NCBI GenBank assembly: GCA_023228875.1
Contig: JALOAG010000009.1
Location: forward strand, 22,362-86,361
Source of the DNA: Bacteroidia bacterium
GTDB taxonomy: Bacteria > Bacteroidota > Bacteroidia > NS11-12g > UBA955
Direction of reading: 5' to 3'
Length of the DNA: 64,000 bases
Translations under genes and position numbers: made by a program
Shown here: positions 27,877 to 38,763 of the stretch, in pieces
Layout: the number at the start of each line of letters is the position of its first letter
Position numbering within the stretch: position 1 is the first letter of the stretch
Notes under the pieces: generated by a model
What the model saw: only the letters and a program-made list of their open reading frames with translations
Databases searched by the model: none
Told to the model about the DNA's origin: nothing

Positions 27877-28461
27877 TTATTTATTAAGGTCCGGAGCGTG
27901 CGTATTAATTAATTTTCTAAGGTTAATGAGTGCGTAGCGCATTCTTCCCAAAGCGGTATTTATGCTGATTCCGGTCAATTCAGAAATTTCTTTAAAACTC
28001 AAATCTCCATAATGTCTCAAAATCAACACTTCTTTTTGTTCTTCCGGTAATTCTTTGATAAACATTCTGATGACTCTTTCTCTTTCATTTTGCACAATTT
28101 TATCTTCAATACTTTTTTCAGAAAAATTGAGTGTTTCAAATATATCACTTCCGTCATCTCGGGTGATTTTGGGCATCTTTTTGACTTTGCGATAATAGTC
28201 AATGGCAAGATTTCGCGCAATTCTCATTACCCATTGTTTGAACTTGTCGTTCTCTTCGTATTTACCTGATTTAAAGGTCCTGATCACTTTAATAAAAGTC
28301 TCCTGGAAGATATCTTCTGCAATATAAGTGTCTTGTACAACAAGGTATATTGCTGTATAAACCTTAAATTTATAGCGCTTCACAAGCATTTCCATACAAG
28401 CCTCATTGCCGGCTATGAAATTGCTAATTAAATCCCTGTCTGAAATTTGTTGTCTATTCAT
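27877..28461 (-). CDS. RNA polymerase ECF-type sigma-70 factor
   Basis: Region 2 (AEDIFQETFIKV, ...WVMRIARN) and a region 4 HTH (SFKEISELTGISINT). Confidence 0.85.
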   Translation of the reverse strand: MNRQQISDRDLISNFIAGNEACMEMLVKRYKFKVYTAIYLVVQDTYIAEDIFQETFIKVIRTFKSGKYEENDKFKQWVMRIARNLAIDYYRKVKKMPKITRDDGSDIFETLNFSEKSIEDKIVQNERERVIRMFIKELPEEQKEVLILRHYGDLSFKEISELTGISINTALGRMRYALINLRKLINTHAPDLNK

Positions 28462-28616
28462 AATAAAATCTCCTATTTTGCAGAGCGAAAATTTGGTTCA
28501 AGCTATTAATAAATTGGGCTTTGTAGAGATTTTTCTTATAGACCTATGCGTTAAATATGGCGACTAAATTAAGAGATTAATTCTTTTTTACCAAATTATT
28601 TTTTTGAATTTTATGT

Positions 28617-31472
28617 ATGAGCAATAAACCAAATAGTTATAACTCCTTGATAATCAAAGGTGCAAGGCAGCATAATCTTAAATCTGTTTCTGTAGAGATA
28701 CCCCATGGATCTTTTACGGTTGTTACAGGTGTTTCAGGATCGGGAAAAACATCGCTTGTCTTTGATACAATCTATGCAGAAGGACAGCGCAGATATGTGG
28801 AGAGCCTATCGTCATATGCACGTCAGTTTTTGGGGAGAATGCCCAAGCCCGAAGTTGATGTTATAGAAGGATTAGCTCCGGCTATTGCCATCGAACAAAA
28901 GATTATTACACGTAACCCACGTTCTACGGTTGCAACCGCCACAGAGATTTATGACTATTTGAAACTACTTTTTACAAGATTAGGCAGTATTTACAGTCCG
29001 GTTTCAGGAGAAAAAGTAATCAGACAAAGACCCGAAGATGTATGGAATTTTGTTGCTGAATTAGCTCCAAATACGTCTATTATCATTATGTCGAAACTAA
29101 AATCTTGGAATAACAAGACGGTTGATGTGCAGAAGGAAATTGAGTCTGTTAAAAAAAGAGGCTTTGTAAGGCTTTATCATAAAAATGAAGGAGTTGTCAG
29201 ATTAGATAAATTAGAGGTTACACAACTCAAAAGTTTGTACGACTGTTATTTAATTATTGACAGACTTGCACTCATGGCAGAAGATGATGAAATGCGTACT
29301 CGCTTTTTTGATTCAGTGGAAAACGCTTTTTGGGAAGGAAGCGGCAAATGCTCTTTGCTGATAGAACAAAAAGATGGCAGCACTAAGATTCGCTCTTTTG
29401 CCGATGTGTTGGAGAAAGATGGCATTTTGTTCCAAGAACCGGATTTGAACAATATGAGTTTTAACAGTCCAGCGGGTGCTTGCCAACGATGTGAAGGCTT
29501 GGGAGAGATTAATGATATAGACCCGGACTTAGTGATTCCCGATATTACCCTTTCTGTCTTTGACAATTGTGTTGTTCCCTGGAAGGGAGAGGTAATGAGT
29601 GTGTGGAAGCAGCATTTTTTGAAACAAGCTGTCATGGATGATTTTCCAATTCACAGGGCATACAAAGATCTCACCGAGGAACAAAAACAATATTTGTGGA
29701 ACGGTACTAACAAAGCAAAAGGTATCTTTGATTTCTTTGCCCATTTAGAAGAGAAATCTTATAAAATTCAATACCGGGTGATGCTTTCACGCTATCGCGG
29801 TAGAACTATTTGCACGGAATGTAAAGGGACAAAACTGCGCAAAGAAGCTACTTATGTAAAATTAGTTCCTAAAAAGAAATTTGAAAATCTGCCTGACAAA
29901 GTTTCATTAATGGATATACTCCTTATGCCGGTTGAAAAAGCCTACTATTTTTTTAAAGAGGTAGAATTTGAAGGAATCCAAAATAAAGCAGTAGAGAGGG
30001 TTTTGACTGAAATAAGAAACCGATTGGAATTTTTATATAAAACAGGATTAGGATATCTAACGCTGCATAGAATGTCAAATACGCTGAGTGGCGGAGAATC
30101 TCAAAGAGTGAGATTGGCAACCTCTTTGGGAAGTTCATTGTCAGGTTCTATTTATGTGTTAGATGAACCTAGTATTGGGTTGCACCCTCGTGACACCCTC
30201 CAATTAATTGAAGTATTGAAAGATTTGCAAAAGAAAAATAATACGGTCATTGTGGTGGAACATGAAGAAGAAATGATGAAAGCCGCTGATTACATTATTG
30301 ATATTGGACCTTTGGCAGGTACACACGGTGGTGAAGTAGTTTTTGCAGGTAATTTTAATGCACTCACACATGCTACAAACTCACTTACTGCAGATTATTT
30401 AACAGGAAAAATTTGCAACCCCATTCCTGCTTTCAGACGCAAAGCTGTCAATATGATTACCGTGAAAGGTGCTCATGAAAACAACCTAAAGTATATTGAT
30501 GTTTCGTTCCCCATAGGTACACTGACAGTTGTTACAGGAGTGAGTGGAAGCGGCAAGACAACTCTGGTAAAGAAGATTCTCTACCCTGCATTGCAAAAAA
30601 AATTAGGACTGTATTCGGGAATTAAAACCGGAAGGTTTTTGGAGCTTACAGGCAAATACGACTTGATTAAAGGGGTGGAACTGATTGACCAAAACCCCTT
30701 AGGACGTTCGTCAAGAAGCAATCCTGTTACTTTTGTTAAAGCTTGGGATGTTATACGCGATTTATTTGCGGAGCAAAGTGTTTCTAAAAACCAAAAATAT
30801 AAACCTTCTTTTTTCTCTTTCAATGTGGAAGGAGGACGTTGTGAACACTGCAAGGGTGATGGTGTTCAAACGATTGAAATGCAGTTTATGGCAGATATCG
30901 TGCTTCCATGTGAATTTTGCCATGGGAAACGGTTTAAAGACGAAGTACTCGAAGTGGAATATAAAGGTAAAAATGTGGCAGAAGTGCTAGAAATGACAGT
31001 GGATGAAGCCATGATTTTCTTTGAGGATAATAAAACAATCAGTGAGAAATTGCTACCTCTACAAAAAGTCGGGCTGGGTTATATCAAGCTCGGTCAATCT
31101 TCAAACACGCTGAGTGGTGGAGAAGCCCAAAGAGTTAAACTGGCTTCATTCTTAGGTAAAGGACACGGAAGCCAACCGCTTCTTTTTATTTTTGATGAAC
31201 CTACAACAGGTTTACATTTCCATGATATTTCAAAACTGCTAGGTTCGCTCAACGCGCTGATTGAAAAAGGACATTCTGTGATTGTAATTGAACACAATCC
31301 GGATATGATTAAATGTGCTGATTATGTAATAGACTTAGGACCGGAGGGAGGAGATAAAGGCGGTAACCTTGTTTTTGCGGGAACTCCCGAAGAATTAGCC
31401 AACTGCAAATCGTCCTATACAGGCAAATTTGTCAGTCAATTCTTTAACAAGAATACTTCAATGGCACAATAA
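28617..31472 (+). CDS. uvrA: Excinuclease ABC subunit A
   Basis: A 951-aa product with two ABC ATPase modules ([11 protein letters not shown] twice) and zinc-finger Cys clusters. Confidence 0.95.
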   Translation: MSNKPNSYNSLIIKGARQHNLKSVSVEIPHGSFTVVTGVSGSGKTSLVFDTIYAEGQRRYVESLSSYARQFLGRMPKPEVDVIEGLAPAIAIEQKIITRNPRSTVATATEIYDYLKLLFTRLGSIYSPVSGEKVIRQRPEDVWNFVAELAPNTSIIIMSKLKSWNNKTVDVQKEIESVKKRGFVRLYHKNEGVVRLDKLEVTQLKSLYDCYLIIDRLALMAEDDEMRTRFFDSVENAFWEGSGKCSLLIEQKDGSTKIRSFADVLEKDGILFQEPDLNNMSFNSPAGACQRCEGLGEINDIDPDLVIPDITLSVFDNCVVPWKGEVMSVWKQHFLKQAVMDDFPIHRAYKDLTEEQKQYLWNGTNKAKGIFDFFAHLEEKSYKIQYRVMLSRYRGRTICTECKGTKLRKEATYVKLVPKKKFENLPDKVSLMDILLMPVEKAYYFFKEVEFEGIQNKAVERVLTEIRNRLEFLYKTGLGYLTLHRMSNTLSGGESQRVRLATSLGSSLSGSIYVLDEPSIGLHPRDTLQLIEVLKDLQKKNNTVIVVEHEEEMMKAADYIIDIGPLAGTHGGEVVFAGNFNALTHATNSLTADYLTGKICNPIPAFRRKAVNMITVKGAHENNLKYIDVSFPIGTLTVVTGVSGSGKTTLVKKILYPALQKKLGLYSGIKTGRFLELTGKYDLIKGVELIDQNPLGRSSRSNPVTFVKAWDVIRDLFAEQSVSKNQKYKPSFFSFNVEGGRCEHCKGDGVQTIEMQFMADIVLPCEFCHGKRFKDEVLEVEYKGKNVAEVLEMTVDEAMIFFEDNKTISEKLLPLQKVGLGYIKLGQSSNTLSGGEAQRVKLASFLGKGHGSQPLLFIFDEPTTGLHFHDISKLLGSLNALIEKGHSVIVIEHNPDMIKCADYVIDLGPEGGDKGGNLVFAGTPEELANCKSSYTGKFVSQFFNKNTSMAQ

Positions 31473-31737
31473 GTTCGTTGTCCTACTTTCAAAAAGAATA
31501 AAATGAAAAGAAGCAGGCAGAGTTGGTTGATTTACTTGTTACGGTAAGTATCCTCCAACACAATACCCATGCCTTAACTACTACAAAACCCGGTCAAACC
31601 AAGTTTTTAGTTATAAAACGACTTTAAAGTAAACCAAGTGATAGAATCACGTTTGGAAAGCCCCGATTTAACGCAAATGATCTTTCCTTGGGTTTTTACT
31701 ATGTTTTGAACAGATGGAATAATTCAGACTTTATCCT

Positions 31738-33573
31738 TTACTCCACAGTAACACTTTTAGCCAAGTTGCGAGGTTGATCTACGTTACAACCGCGCATAAC
31801 AGCAATGTGATAAGAGAGTAATTGCAGCGGAATGGTGGTTAACAAAGGAGAGAAGATTTCATCGGTTTCGGGAACTTCGATCACATAATCAGCCATGTTT
31901 CTCACTTGGCTGTCCCCTTCATTAACAATAGCTATCACAATTCCCTTTCTGGCTTTTACTTCTTGTATATTACTTATCATTTTCTCGTAGTGTCCCTTTT
32001 TAATTGCAATAAACACAACCGGCATTTGGTCGTCTATCAGTGCAATAGGACCGTGTTTCATCTCGGCAGCAGGATATCCTTCTGCATGGATATAAGAGAT
32101 TTCTTTTAGTTTAAGTGCACCTTCTAACGCAACCGGAAAGTTAACTCCGCGTCCTAAATACAGAAAATTGTGAGAATCTTTAAACTTCTTTGATATTTCA
32201 ATGATTTTCTCATTGAGTTCCAATGTTTTTTCAACCTTAGCAGGAATGTTCTCTAATTCTGCCATGTACAATTTCAGTTGAGATTTGCTGATTGTTCCTC
32301 TAAGATCCGCAAGTGCCAAAGCTAACAATGAGAGAACAGTAACTTGAGAGGTGAAAGCTTTGGTAGAAGCCACACCAATTTCAGGACCTGCATGTGTATA
32401 TGCTCCTGCATCGCTCATTCGAGGGATGGAAGAACCAACTACGTTACAAACACCAAAGACAGTTGCATTATGTTCCTTAGCCAATGACATGGCTGCAAGC
32501 GTGTCTGCGGTTTCGCCACTTTGAGAAATGGCAATATACAAATCATCTTTGCTGATAACAGGGTTCCTATATCTGAACTCGGAGGCATATTCAACTTCAA
32601 CTTGAATACGCGCTAACTCCTCAAACAAATATTCAGCTACAAGTCCGGCATGCCAGCTTGTACCGCAGCCCAGCATCACAATTCGATTGATATTTTTTAA
32701 TTTTTCCTCGTATTCCTGAAGGCTTCTCATCATAAATTGACCTGTTGTAGAGTCAATTCTGCCTCTGAATGAATCAAGGATAGATTTGGGTTGTTCAAAG
32801 ATTTCTTTTAGCATGAAATGCTCAAAACCACCTTTCTCAATGGCATCTAAGTTGATTTCTAACTCTTGAATGTAGGGAGATTTAACAACGTCTTCTATTG
32901 TTTTGATGGTGAGTTTGCCATTATTAATAAAAACCATTTCTCCATCATTCAAATAGGTAACTTTTCTTGTGTATTCAACAATCGGTGTTGCGTCAGAAGC
33001 AAGAAAATACTCACCTTCTTCACCATATCCAATTACGAGCGGACTTCCTTTTCTTGCAGCAATCAATTTACCTGAGTCATTGCGCGACAATATCACAATA
33101 GCATAAGCACCCACAACTTGGTTGAGTGCAAGGCGTACTGCTTCTTCCAATGAACACTCTTCTCTTTCTTTGATTTCTTCAACCAAATGAATCAGCACTT
33201 CAGTATCGGTTTCACTTTGAAACACGTGCCCTTTTCTCATCAGAGCTTCTTTTAAAGAATTGTAATTTTCAATAATACCATTGTGAATGACCGCCATATC
33301 GCCACTTTGACTCAAATGAGGATGAGCGTTGATATCGTTTGGAACACCATGGGTTGCCCAACGGGTATGTCCCATTCCAATTTTTTGAGGCATTTTGGGT
33401 GGAATAATGTTTTCTAAATCAACAACCTTACCTTTGGTTTTAAAAACATGTAGCTTACTGTCTAACAACGCAACTCCGGCACTGTCATAACCTCTGTACT
33501 CTAATCGCTTTAAGCCTTTAATAATAACAGGCAGCGCTTCTCTTTGTCCGATGTAACCTACAATTCCACACAT
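31738..33573 (-). CDS. glmS: Glutamine--fructose-6-phosphate aminotransferase
   Basis: N-terminal MCGIVGY Ntn-amidotransferase start and two SIS domains. Confidence 0.95.
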   Translation of the reverse strand: MCGIVGYIGQREALPVIIKGLKRLEYRGYDSAGVALLDSKLHVFKTKGKVVDLENIIPPKMPQKIGMGHTRWATHGVPNDINAHPHLSQSGDMAVIHNGIIENYNSLKEALMRKGHVFQSETDTEVLIHLVEEIKEREECSLEEAVRLALNQVVGAYAIVILSRNDSGKLIAARKGSPLVIGYGEEGEYFLASDATPIVEYTRKVTYLNDGEMVFINNGKLTIKTIEDVVKSPYIQELEINLDAIEKGGFEHFMLKEIFEQPKSILDSFRGRIDSTTGQFMMRSLQEYEEKLKNINRIVMLGCGTSWHAGLVAEYLFEELARIQVEVEYASEFRYRNPVISKDDLYIAISQSGETADTLAAMSLAKEHNATVFGVCNVVGSSIPRMSDAGAYTHAGPEIGVASTKAFTSQVTVLSLLALALADLRGTISKSQLKLYMAELENIPAKVEKTLELNEKIIEISKKFKDSHNFLYLGRGVNFPVALEGALKLKEISYIHAEGYPAAEMKHGPIALIDDQMPVVFIAIKKGHYEKMISNIQEVKARKGIVIAIVNEGDSQVRNMADYVIEVPETDEIFSPLLTTIPLQLLSYHIAVMRGCNVDQPRNLAKSVTVE

Positions 33574-33583
33574 GTTTTTTAGT

Positions 33584-34882
33584 TTATTTTAAATTGAATT
33601 CTTTTTTAAAAATCTTAATATGATTTAACTCTTCCCAAGGGAATAGTTTTACTTTAATTTTCTTAGTTTCTATTTTGCCGAAGGTAGGTCTTTCAAAGGT
33701 CTTTTCAACTACTTGAGGCTCTCTGCCCATGTGACCGTAAGATGCAGTTTCAGAGTAAATAGGTGTTCTGAGATTGAACATTTTCTCAATACTGTAAGGT
33801 CTAAGGTCAACTATTTTCATAAGTTTTTCAGCAATTTTTCCGTCAGACATTTTAACCTTAGCAGTGCCATAGGTGTTTACATAAAGACCAACCGGGTCTT
33901 TTTCACCAATAGCATATCCAACTTGCACTAACACTTCTTCGGCAATGCCGGCAGCAACCATATTTTTGGCAATATATCTCATGGCATAAGCAGCAGAACG
34001 GTCAACTTTTGAAGGATCTTTTCCGCTAAATGCACCACCGCCATGAGCACCTTTACCCCCATAAGTATCTACAATTATTTTTCTACCGGTTAAACCTGTG
34101 TCACCATGAGGACCTCCGATTACAAATTTTCCTGTCGGGTTTACCAAGTACTTTACATCCTTGTTAAAAAAGGGTTTGAAGTATGGATATTTCTTTAATA
34201 CTCTTGGGATTAATACATTGATTACATCCTCTTTGATTTTGCATTGCATTTCTTTATCTGCCTTAGCAATATCAGCTGTTTTAGAAGATTTTGCAGTTAC
34301 AAATTCATCATGTTGAGTTGAAACAACTATAGTTTCAATTCTTTTAGGCTTGTTGTCATCCCCATATTCTACTGTAACTTGAGATTTGGAATCAGGTCTC
34401 AAATAGGTCATTTTCTTGCCTTCTCTTCTGATTTCGGCAAGTTCTCTCAACAGGCAATGCGAAAGGTCAAGCGACAGTGGCATATAACTCTGTGTTTCAT
34501 TGCTTGCATAACCGAACATGATACCTTGGTCTCCGGCACCTTGGTCTTCCAATTTTTTAGTTTCCACTCCTCTATTGATATCGGGCGATTGCTCATGTAT
34601 AGCAGAAAAAACACCGCAACCATTGGCTTCAAACATATATTCAGATTTTGTATATCCTATTTTGGCAATGACATCTCGCGAAATCTTTTGAATATCAATA
34701 TAGGTGTCTGATTTTACTTCACCTGCTAATACAACCTGACCGGTTGTAACTAAAGTTTCACATGCTACTTTGGATTTTGGATCCCAAGCAAGAAAATTAT
34801 CTAAAAGCGCGTCTGAAATTTGGTCGGCAACTTTATCCGGGTGTCCTTCTGATACAGACTCTGATGTAAATAGATATGACAT
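33584..34882 (-). CDS. metK: S-adenosylmethionine synthetase
   Basis: The [19 protein letters not shown] start identifies it. Start moved to ATG 34882 (MSYLF). Confidence 0.95.
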   Translation of the reverse strand: MSYLFTSESVSEGHPDKVADQISDALLDNFLAWDPKSKVACETLVTTGQVVLAGEVKSDTYIDIQKISRDVIAKIGYTKSEYMFEANGCGVFSAIHEQSPDINRGVETKKLEDQGAGDQGIMFGYASNETQSYMPLSLDLSHCLLRELAEIRREGKKMTYLRPDSKSQVTVEYGDDNKPKRIETIVVSTQHDEFVTAKSSKTADIAKADKEMQCKIKEDVINVLIPRVLKKYPYFKPFFNKDVKYLVNPTGKFVIGGPHGDTGLTGRKIIVDTYGGKGAHGGGAFSGKDPSKVDRSAAYAMRYIAKNMVAAGIAEEVLVQVGYAIGEKDPVGLYVNTYGTAKVKMSDGKIAEKLMKIVDLRPYSIEKMFNLRTPIYSETASYGHMGREPQVVEKTFERPTFGKIETKKIKVKLFPWEELNHIKIFKKEFNLK

Positions 34883-35011
34883 TGTGTTGTGTTTTTTTAG
34901 GTTGCGCAAAGGTATAGAAAAATGCCAATGAAAAATATTGCTCAAACTCACGTATTAGCACTTTTCCCAATAAGGGTTTCAATGCCAACTAAAGACGTTT
35001 TGTGCTTGGGC

Positions 35012-35728
35012 TCACTTATCAGGCAGCTCACAGCATTTCATCTTGTCTTGTTTAAGGCTAGGGCTAAAGTAGGGGATGTTAAGGTTCATTCCTCTCAGAA
35101 TCATTAGCAAACCCATCAATCCTATAATGTAAGGAGAAATTTTGCGGATGGTGTTTCGCAATGATAGTTGAATCATATTGCCGGCAATACTCACGAGCAT
35201 CATTGCAGGGAGTGTACCTAATCCAAAAAAAGCCATAAAAACCGCTGACTGCCAAGGTGAAGCAAATGCTACGGCACCGGTAATTGCCATATATACCAAA
35301 CCGCAAGGTAGAAGACCGTTTAAAAGTCCTATTATACTTAACACCAAAGGGTTTTTGTGTTGAAATAATGGAGCCATTGTTTTGCTTAATGTTCTGTTCC
35401 ATTGTTGAAGCCATGTTGAATTACCCATAATCCTTTTGCCAACTAACATCAAGATAAACATCAGCATTAGGAGGATTCCCAAAATTATTGAGAGGAGCTG
35501 TTGTGAAGAAAATAGCACAAAGGTTTTTCCAATCATTCCGAATAATGCACCTAAAATAGCATAGGTAACCACCCTTCCGAGATTATAAGAGATAATGCCT
35601 AGTGTTTTTCTGATTCCTGAAAGATGACCAACTGGCAATGATAGTGCTATAGGACCACACATCCCTACACAATGAAAACTGCCTAAGAATCCAAGTGTGA
35701 GCGCGGGTATGATGATCAGTGTAAACAA
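35012..35728 (-). CDS. DsbD_2 / sulfite-exporter TauE-SafE-like membrane protein of the cbb3 cluster
   Basis: A polytopic protein with the HCVGMCGP motif, in the position conserved at the end of Bacteroidota cco clusters. Confidence 0.6.
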   Translation of the reverse strand: MFTLIIIPALTLGFLGSFHCVGMCGPIALSLPVGHLSGIRKTLGIISYNLGRVVTYAILGALFGMIGKTFVLFSSQQLLSIILGILLMLMFILMLVGKRIMGNSTWLQQWNRTLSKTMAPLFQHKNPLVLSIIGLLNGLLPCGLVYMAITGAVAFASPWQSAVFMAFFGLGTLPAMMLVSIAGNMIQLSLRNTIRKISPYIIGLMGLLMILRGMNLNIPYFSPSLKQDKMKCCELPDK

Positions 35729-35782
35729 TAGAAGAACAGGAAAATCAACATGCGAATATCGCTGCTATAATTTGTATAAGGG

Positions 35783-36247
35783 CTATTTTTTAACGAAGAA
35801 AGGTTGCTCCACATCATAACTTTTGTCGTTCATAGTCCAACCGCCTTTGAGAATGTATTTGCCGGATAGCAACTTGTTTCCTTCAATTATTATCATTCCA
35901 TCTTTGTCAAGCTCAAGGGGCACGACTATATCCATGTTTTGATCGGAGGGTCTGTATAGAACCAGCTCTCCTTCAATGTTCTGAGCGATACATTCTTTAG
36001 GAAATTGTATCATTAAAAACTTGCCATCAAAGTGAATGTCAATCTTAGAAGAGAGGCTCTTTGTGTTGGCAAGTGCAGACTTTTTTTGGTCATATTTTAG
36101 TTCTGCACTGTAATAATCTTTCTCAACCATTGAAAAGCTTACTTTGGTTGTTTGATATACCAGAAAAAGTATTGCAATTGCTCCCAGACACAGAGTGATT
36201 ACAATGCCTGTTCCCCAATTCCAAAAACCATATTTTCTTTCTTTCAT
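35783..36247 (-). CDS. ccoH: FixH/CcoH family protein
   Basis: N-terminal TM and the FixH fold; it sits downstream of ccoG. Confidence 0.65.
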   Translation of the reverse strand: MKERKYGFWNWGTGIVITLCLGAIAILFLVYQTTKVSFSMVEKDYYSAELKYDQKKSALANTKSLSSKIDIHFDGKFLMIQFPKECIAQNIEGELVLYRPSDQNMDIVVPLELDKDGMIIIEGNKLLSGKYILKGGWTMNDKSYDVEQPFFVKK

Positions 36248-36253
36248 ATAGTG

Positions 36254-37678
36254 TTAATTCATGGCCGCAATAGGACCTAAGAAGTTTGTTTTCAAAGTTT
36301 TTATCTTTTCTCCTTGTTCATATAGTCCGATTTTGATTTCATTTTTACGGTTCTTAACTTCGGTTTTGGGCAGAATCACAAAAAATGTAGCCGAAGAATA
36401 ATCATCTGCCTTTCCTGCAATATATGGCTTACCAACGTATTGAATAGCACCATTCATATCTTCTAATCTAAGCTCAAACATCCTATTGGTGAGTGTCTTG
36501 TTGATGATTTTGATATTAAATAAGTTTGAAATACTATCAGTACCTTTTTCTTGGTATAGCAGCCCGGGAGTTCTCAATATCTGACCTGTAATATTACTAC
36601 GAGAAGCTAATAAACTCACGATACATACAAGAAGGAAAATTAAGGCAGCAGAATAAAGCTTGAGTCTTTTAGTAAAAGTAAATGCTTTATTATTTGCGAT
36701 ATTAAACTCAGAATCATACCGTATCAATCCCTTAGGGCGACCGGTTTTTTCCATCATAAAATCACAAGCATCGATACAAGCGGTACAATTCACACATTCT
36801 AATTGAGTTCCGTTCCTGATGTCTATCCCGGTAGGGCATACATTTACACACTGAAAACAATCAATACAGTCACCCAAGTCCCCTTGGTCTTTTTTAAACT
36901 TTCCTCTGGGCTCTCCGCGTCCGTAGTCATAAGCAACAACAATACTGTGTTTGTCTAATAACACACTTTGCATACGACCATAAGGGCAGATATTTGTACA
37001 GACTTGTTCTCTCAGAAATACATATACACCAAAGAAAACAGCAGTAAAAATTATAATACCTATAAAGCCCGCAAGATGTTGACTAACAGGCTCTGTAATA
37101 ATTTTAAACAGCTCGTCCACACCGATGATATAGGAAAGAAAAGTATTAGCAATGATGAAAGAAAGCAGTGCATAAATCCCATATCGAAGAGAAAAAATTC
37201 CGACTTTTTTGGCAGACATAGGTGCATTTGACCATTTCCTATGATTTGCGGGTGTTCCTAAAATTAGAAAATCCACCCTTCGGAACAACATCTCCATAAA
37301 AATAGTTTGAGGGCAAATCCAACCACAGAATATTCTGCCATAAGCCACCGTAAAGATTGCAATAAATAGAATGGCTGCCAGCATAATTAATCCCAATACA
37401 AAGAAATCTTGGGGCCAAAATGCTTTTCCGAATAAGATGAATTTCCCATTAAAAAAATCAAAGAGCAATAAGGGTCTCCCATTCACTTTAATAAAAGGAA
37501 CAGTAAAGAAAGCAGCATAATATAAAACAGCCAAAACGGCACGTCTATTAAACCACTTACCTTTTGGTTTTGTTGGTTTGATGTACTTTGATTTACCGTC
37601 TTCTGAAACAGTTGTGAGATGGTCGCGAAAGGATTGATCCCATAAGGGAATGTCTTTATTACTTAATTCCTCATTCAT
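36254..37678 (-). CDS. ccoG: cbb3 oxidase accessory protein CcoG (4Fe-4S ferredoxin membrane protein)
   Basis: Two Cys clusters (CIDCFQCVNVCP and CVNCTACIDAC) on a TM scaffold. Confidence 0.85.
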   Translation of the reverse strand: MNEELSNKDIPLWDQSFRDHLTTVSEDGKSKYIKPTKPKGKWFNRRAVLAVLYYAAFFTVPFIKVNGRPLLLFDFFNGKFILFGKAFWPQDFFVLGLIMLAAILFIAIFTVAYGRIFCGWICPQTIFMEMLFRRVDFLILGTPANHRKWSNAPMSAKKVGIFSLRYGIYALLSFIIANTFLSYIIGVDELFKIITEPVSQHLAGFIGIIIFTAVFFGVYVFLREQVCTNICPYGRMQSVLLDKHSIVVAYDYGRGEPRGKFKKDQGDLGDCIDCFQCVNVCPTGIDIRNGTQLECVNCTACIDACDFMMEKTGRPKGLIRYDSEFNIANNKAFTFTKRLKLYSAALIFLLVCIVSLLASRSNITGQILRTPGLLYQEKGTDSISNLFNIKIINKTLTNRMFELRLEDMNGAIQYVGKPYIAGKADDYSSATFFVILPKTEVKNRKNEIKIGLYEQGEKIKTLKTNFLGPIAAMN

Positions 37679-37689
37679 TTAAGCAATAC

Positions 37690-38553
37690 TTAATTTTTGA
37701 TTAAATCACCTTCAGGTTCTTTGGCACTTTGAGGAGTGGTTCCGTGAAGAGATTTGACAAAGTTTGTTATTTGAACGATTTGTTTATCAGAAAAATTTGC
37801 CTGCCATGCAACCATTCCCGTACCCGGCACACCGTATTTAATGGTTTTAAAAATATCATTCAAGGTGTTGCCGTGCATCCAATAATCATCAGTTAAGTTT
37901 GGACCTATTAGTCCTCCACCGTCATTCAAATGACAAGCAGAGCAGTTTTTCTCAAAAATCTCTTTTCCTTTTGCGATTTCACCGGCATCAGTTATTGCTT
38001 GGATATTGTTTTCGTCAACTTGATTGCCTGATTTTGCCAAGTATTCTGCTTTTGCTTGTTCGGCATGCGCATTCGCAATAGCAAGTTCTTCTAATTGAAG
38101 CGGTGCATTTTTTCCTACAAAATAAACCCACATATACACTACGGCAAATACCATACTGATTCTAAAACCCCATTTCCACCATGGAGGAGTAGGATTATCT
38201 AACTCACGGATTCCATCATAGTCATGCCCTAAGTCAATGGCAGCTTCAGATTCAGAATCTAAACTCCTTGTTTCGTTAAGCTGTTCAAGCCATGAACGTT
38301 TTTTAATCCCTTTCTTTTCATTGATTTCTTTTATCATGGGTGCGATTTGCTTGTTGATAGACAAAATGAATAACAAGATCGCTATGATAATCAATGCCAA
38401 GATGCTTGAAATGATATAAAAATAACCTGATGAAATTTCATTCGTATTGTTTGTTATTTCTTCTGCTGCTTCCGCAAATAATCCTGCAATTGGCATAGTG
38501 ATGAATGTCAAAACAGCTGTAATCTGAATAAAAATCTTATGTGTCTTTTTCAT
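37690..38553 (-). CDS. ccoP: cbb3-type cytochrome c oxidase subunit III (dihaem cytochrome c)
   Basis: One CxxCH motif (CSACH) and a C-terminal PGTGMVAWQ region; the second heme c site predicted by the CcoP call was not located. It has an N-terminal TM. Confidence 0.8.
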   Translation of the reverse strand: MKKTHKIFIQITAVLTFITMPIAGLFAEAAEEITNNTNEISSGYFYIISSILALIIIAILLFILSINKQIAPMIKEINEKKGIKKRSWLEQLNETRSLDSESEAAIDLGHDYDGIRELDNPTPPWWKWGFRISMVFAVVYMWVYFVGKNAPLQLEELAIANAHAEQAKAEYLAKSGNQVDENNIQAITDAGEIAKGKEIFEKNCSACHLNDGGGLIGPNLTDDYWMHGNTLNDIFKTIKYGVPGTGMVAWQANFSDKQIVQITNFVKSLHGTTPQSAKEPEGDLIKN

Positions 38554-38557
38554 GTTA

Positions 38558-38755
38558 TTATTGTTGATTGTGGATGTTTAATGATTCGTCTTGATTGTCA
38601 TCTAAGGGAATCCTTTTGATTTCATTGATTGTTTTTTTACTCTTAGAAAAAATCAAAATCACCGCAAGGATAAAGATAGTCATAAATAATATCAGCGTGA
38701 TGATAGGATATATGCTCACTCCTTCGATAGATCTTAAAGAATTAATAAACCTCAT
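38558..38755 (-). CDS. ccoQ: CcoQ-like small subunit
   Basis: A 65-aa single-TM protein between ccoNO and ccoP. Confidence 0.5.
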   Translation of the reverse strand: MRFINSLRSIEGVSIYPIITLILFMTIFILAVILIFSKSKKTINEIKRIPLDDNQDESLNIHNQQ

Positions 38756-38763
38756 TGATTCAA

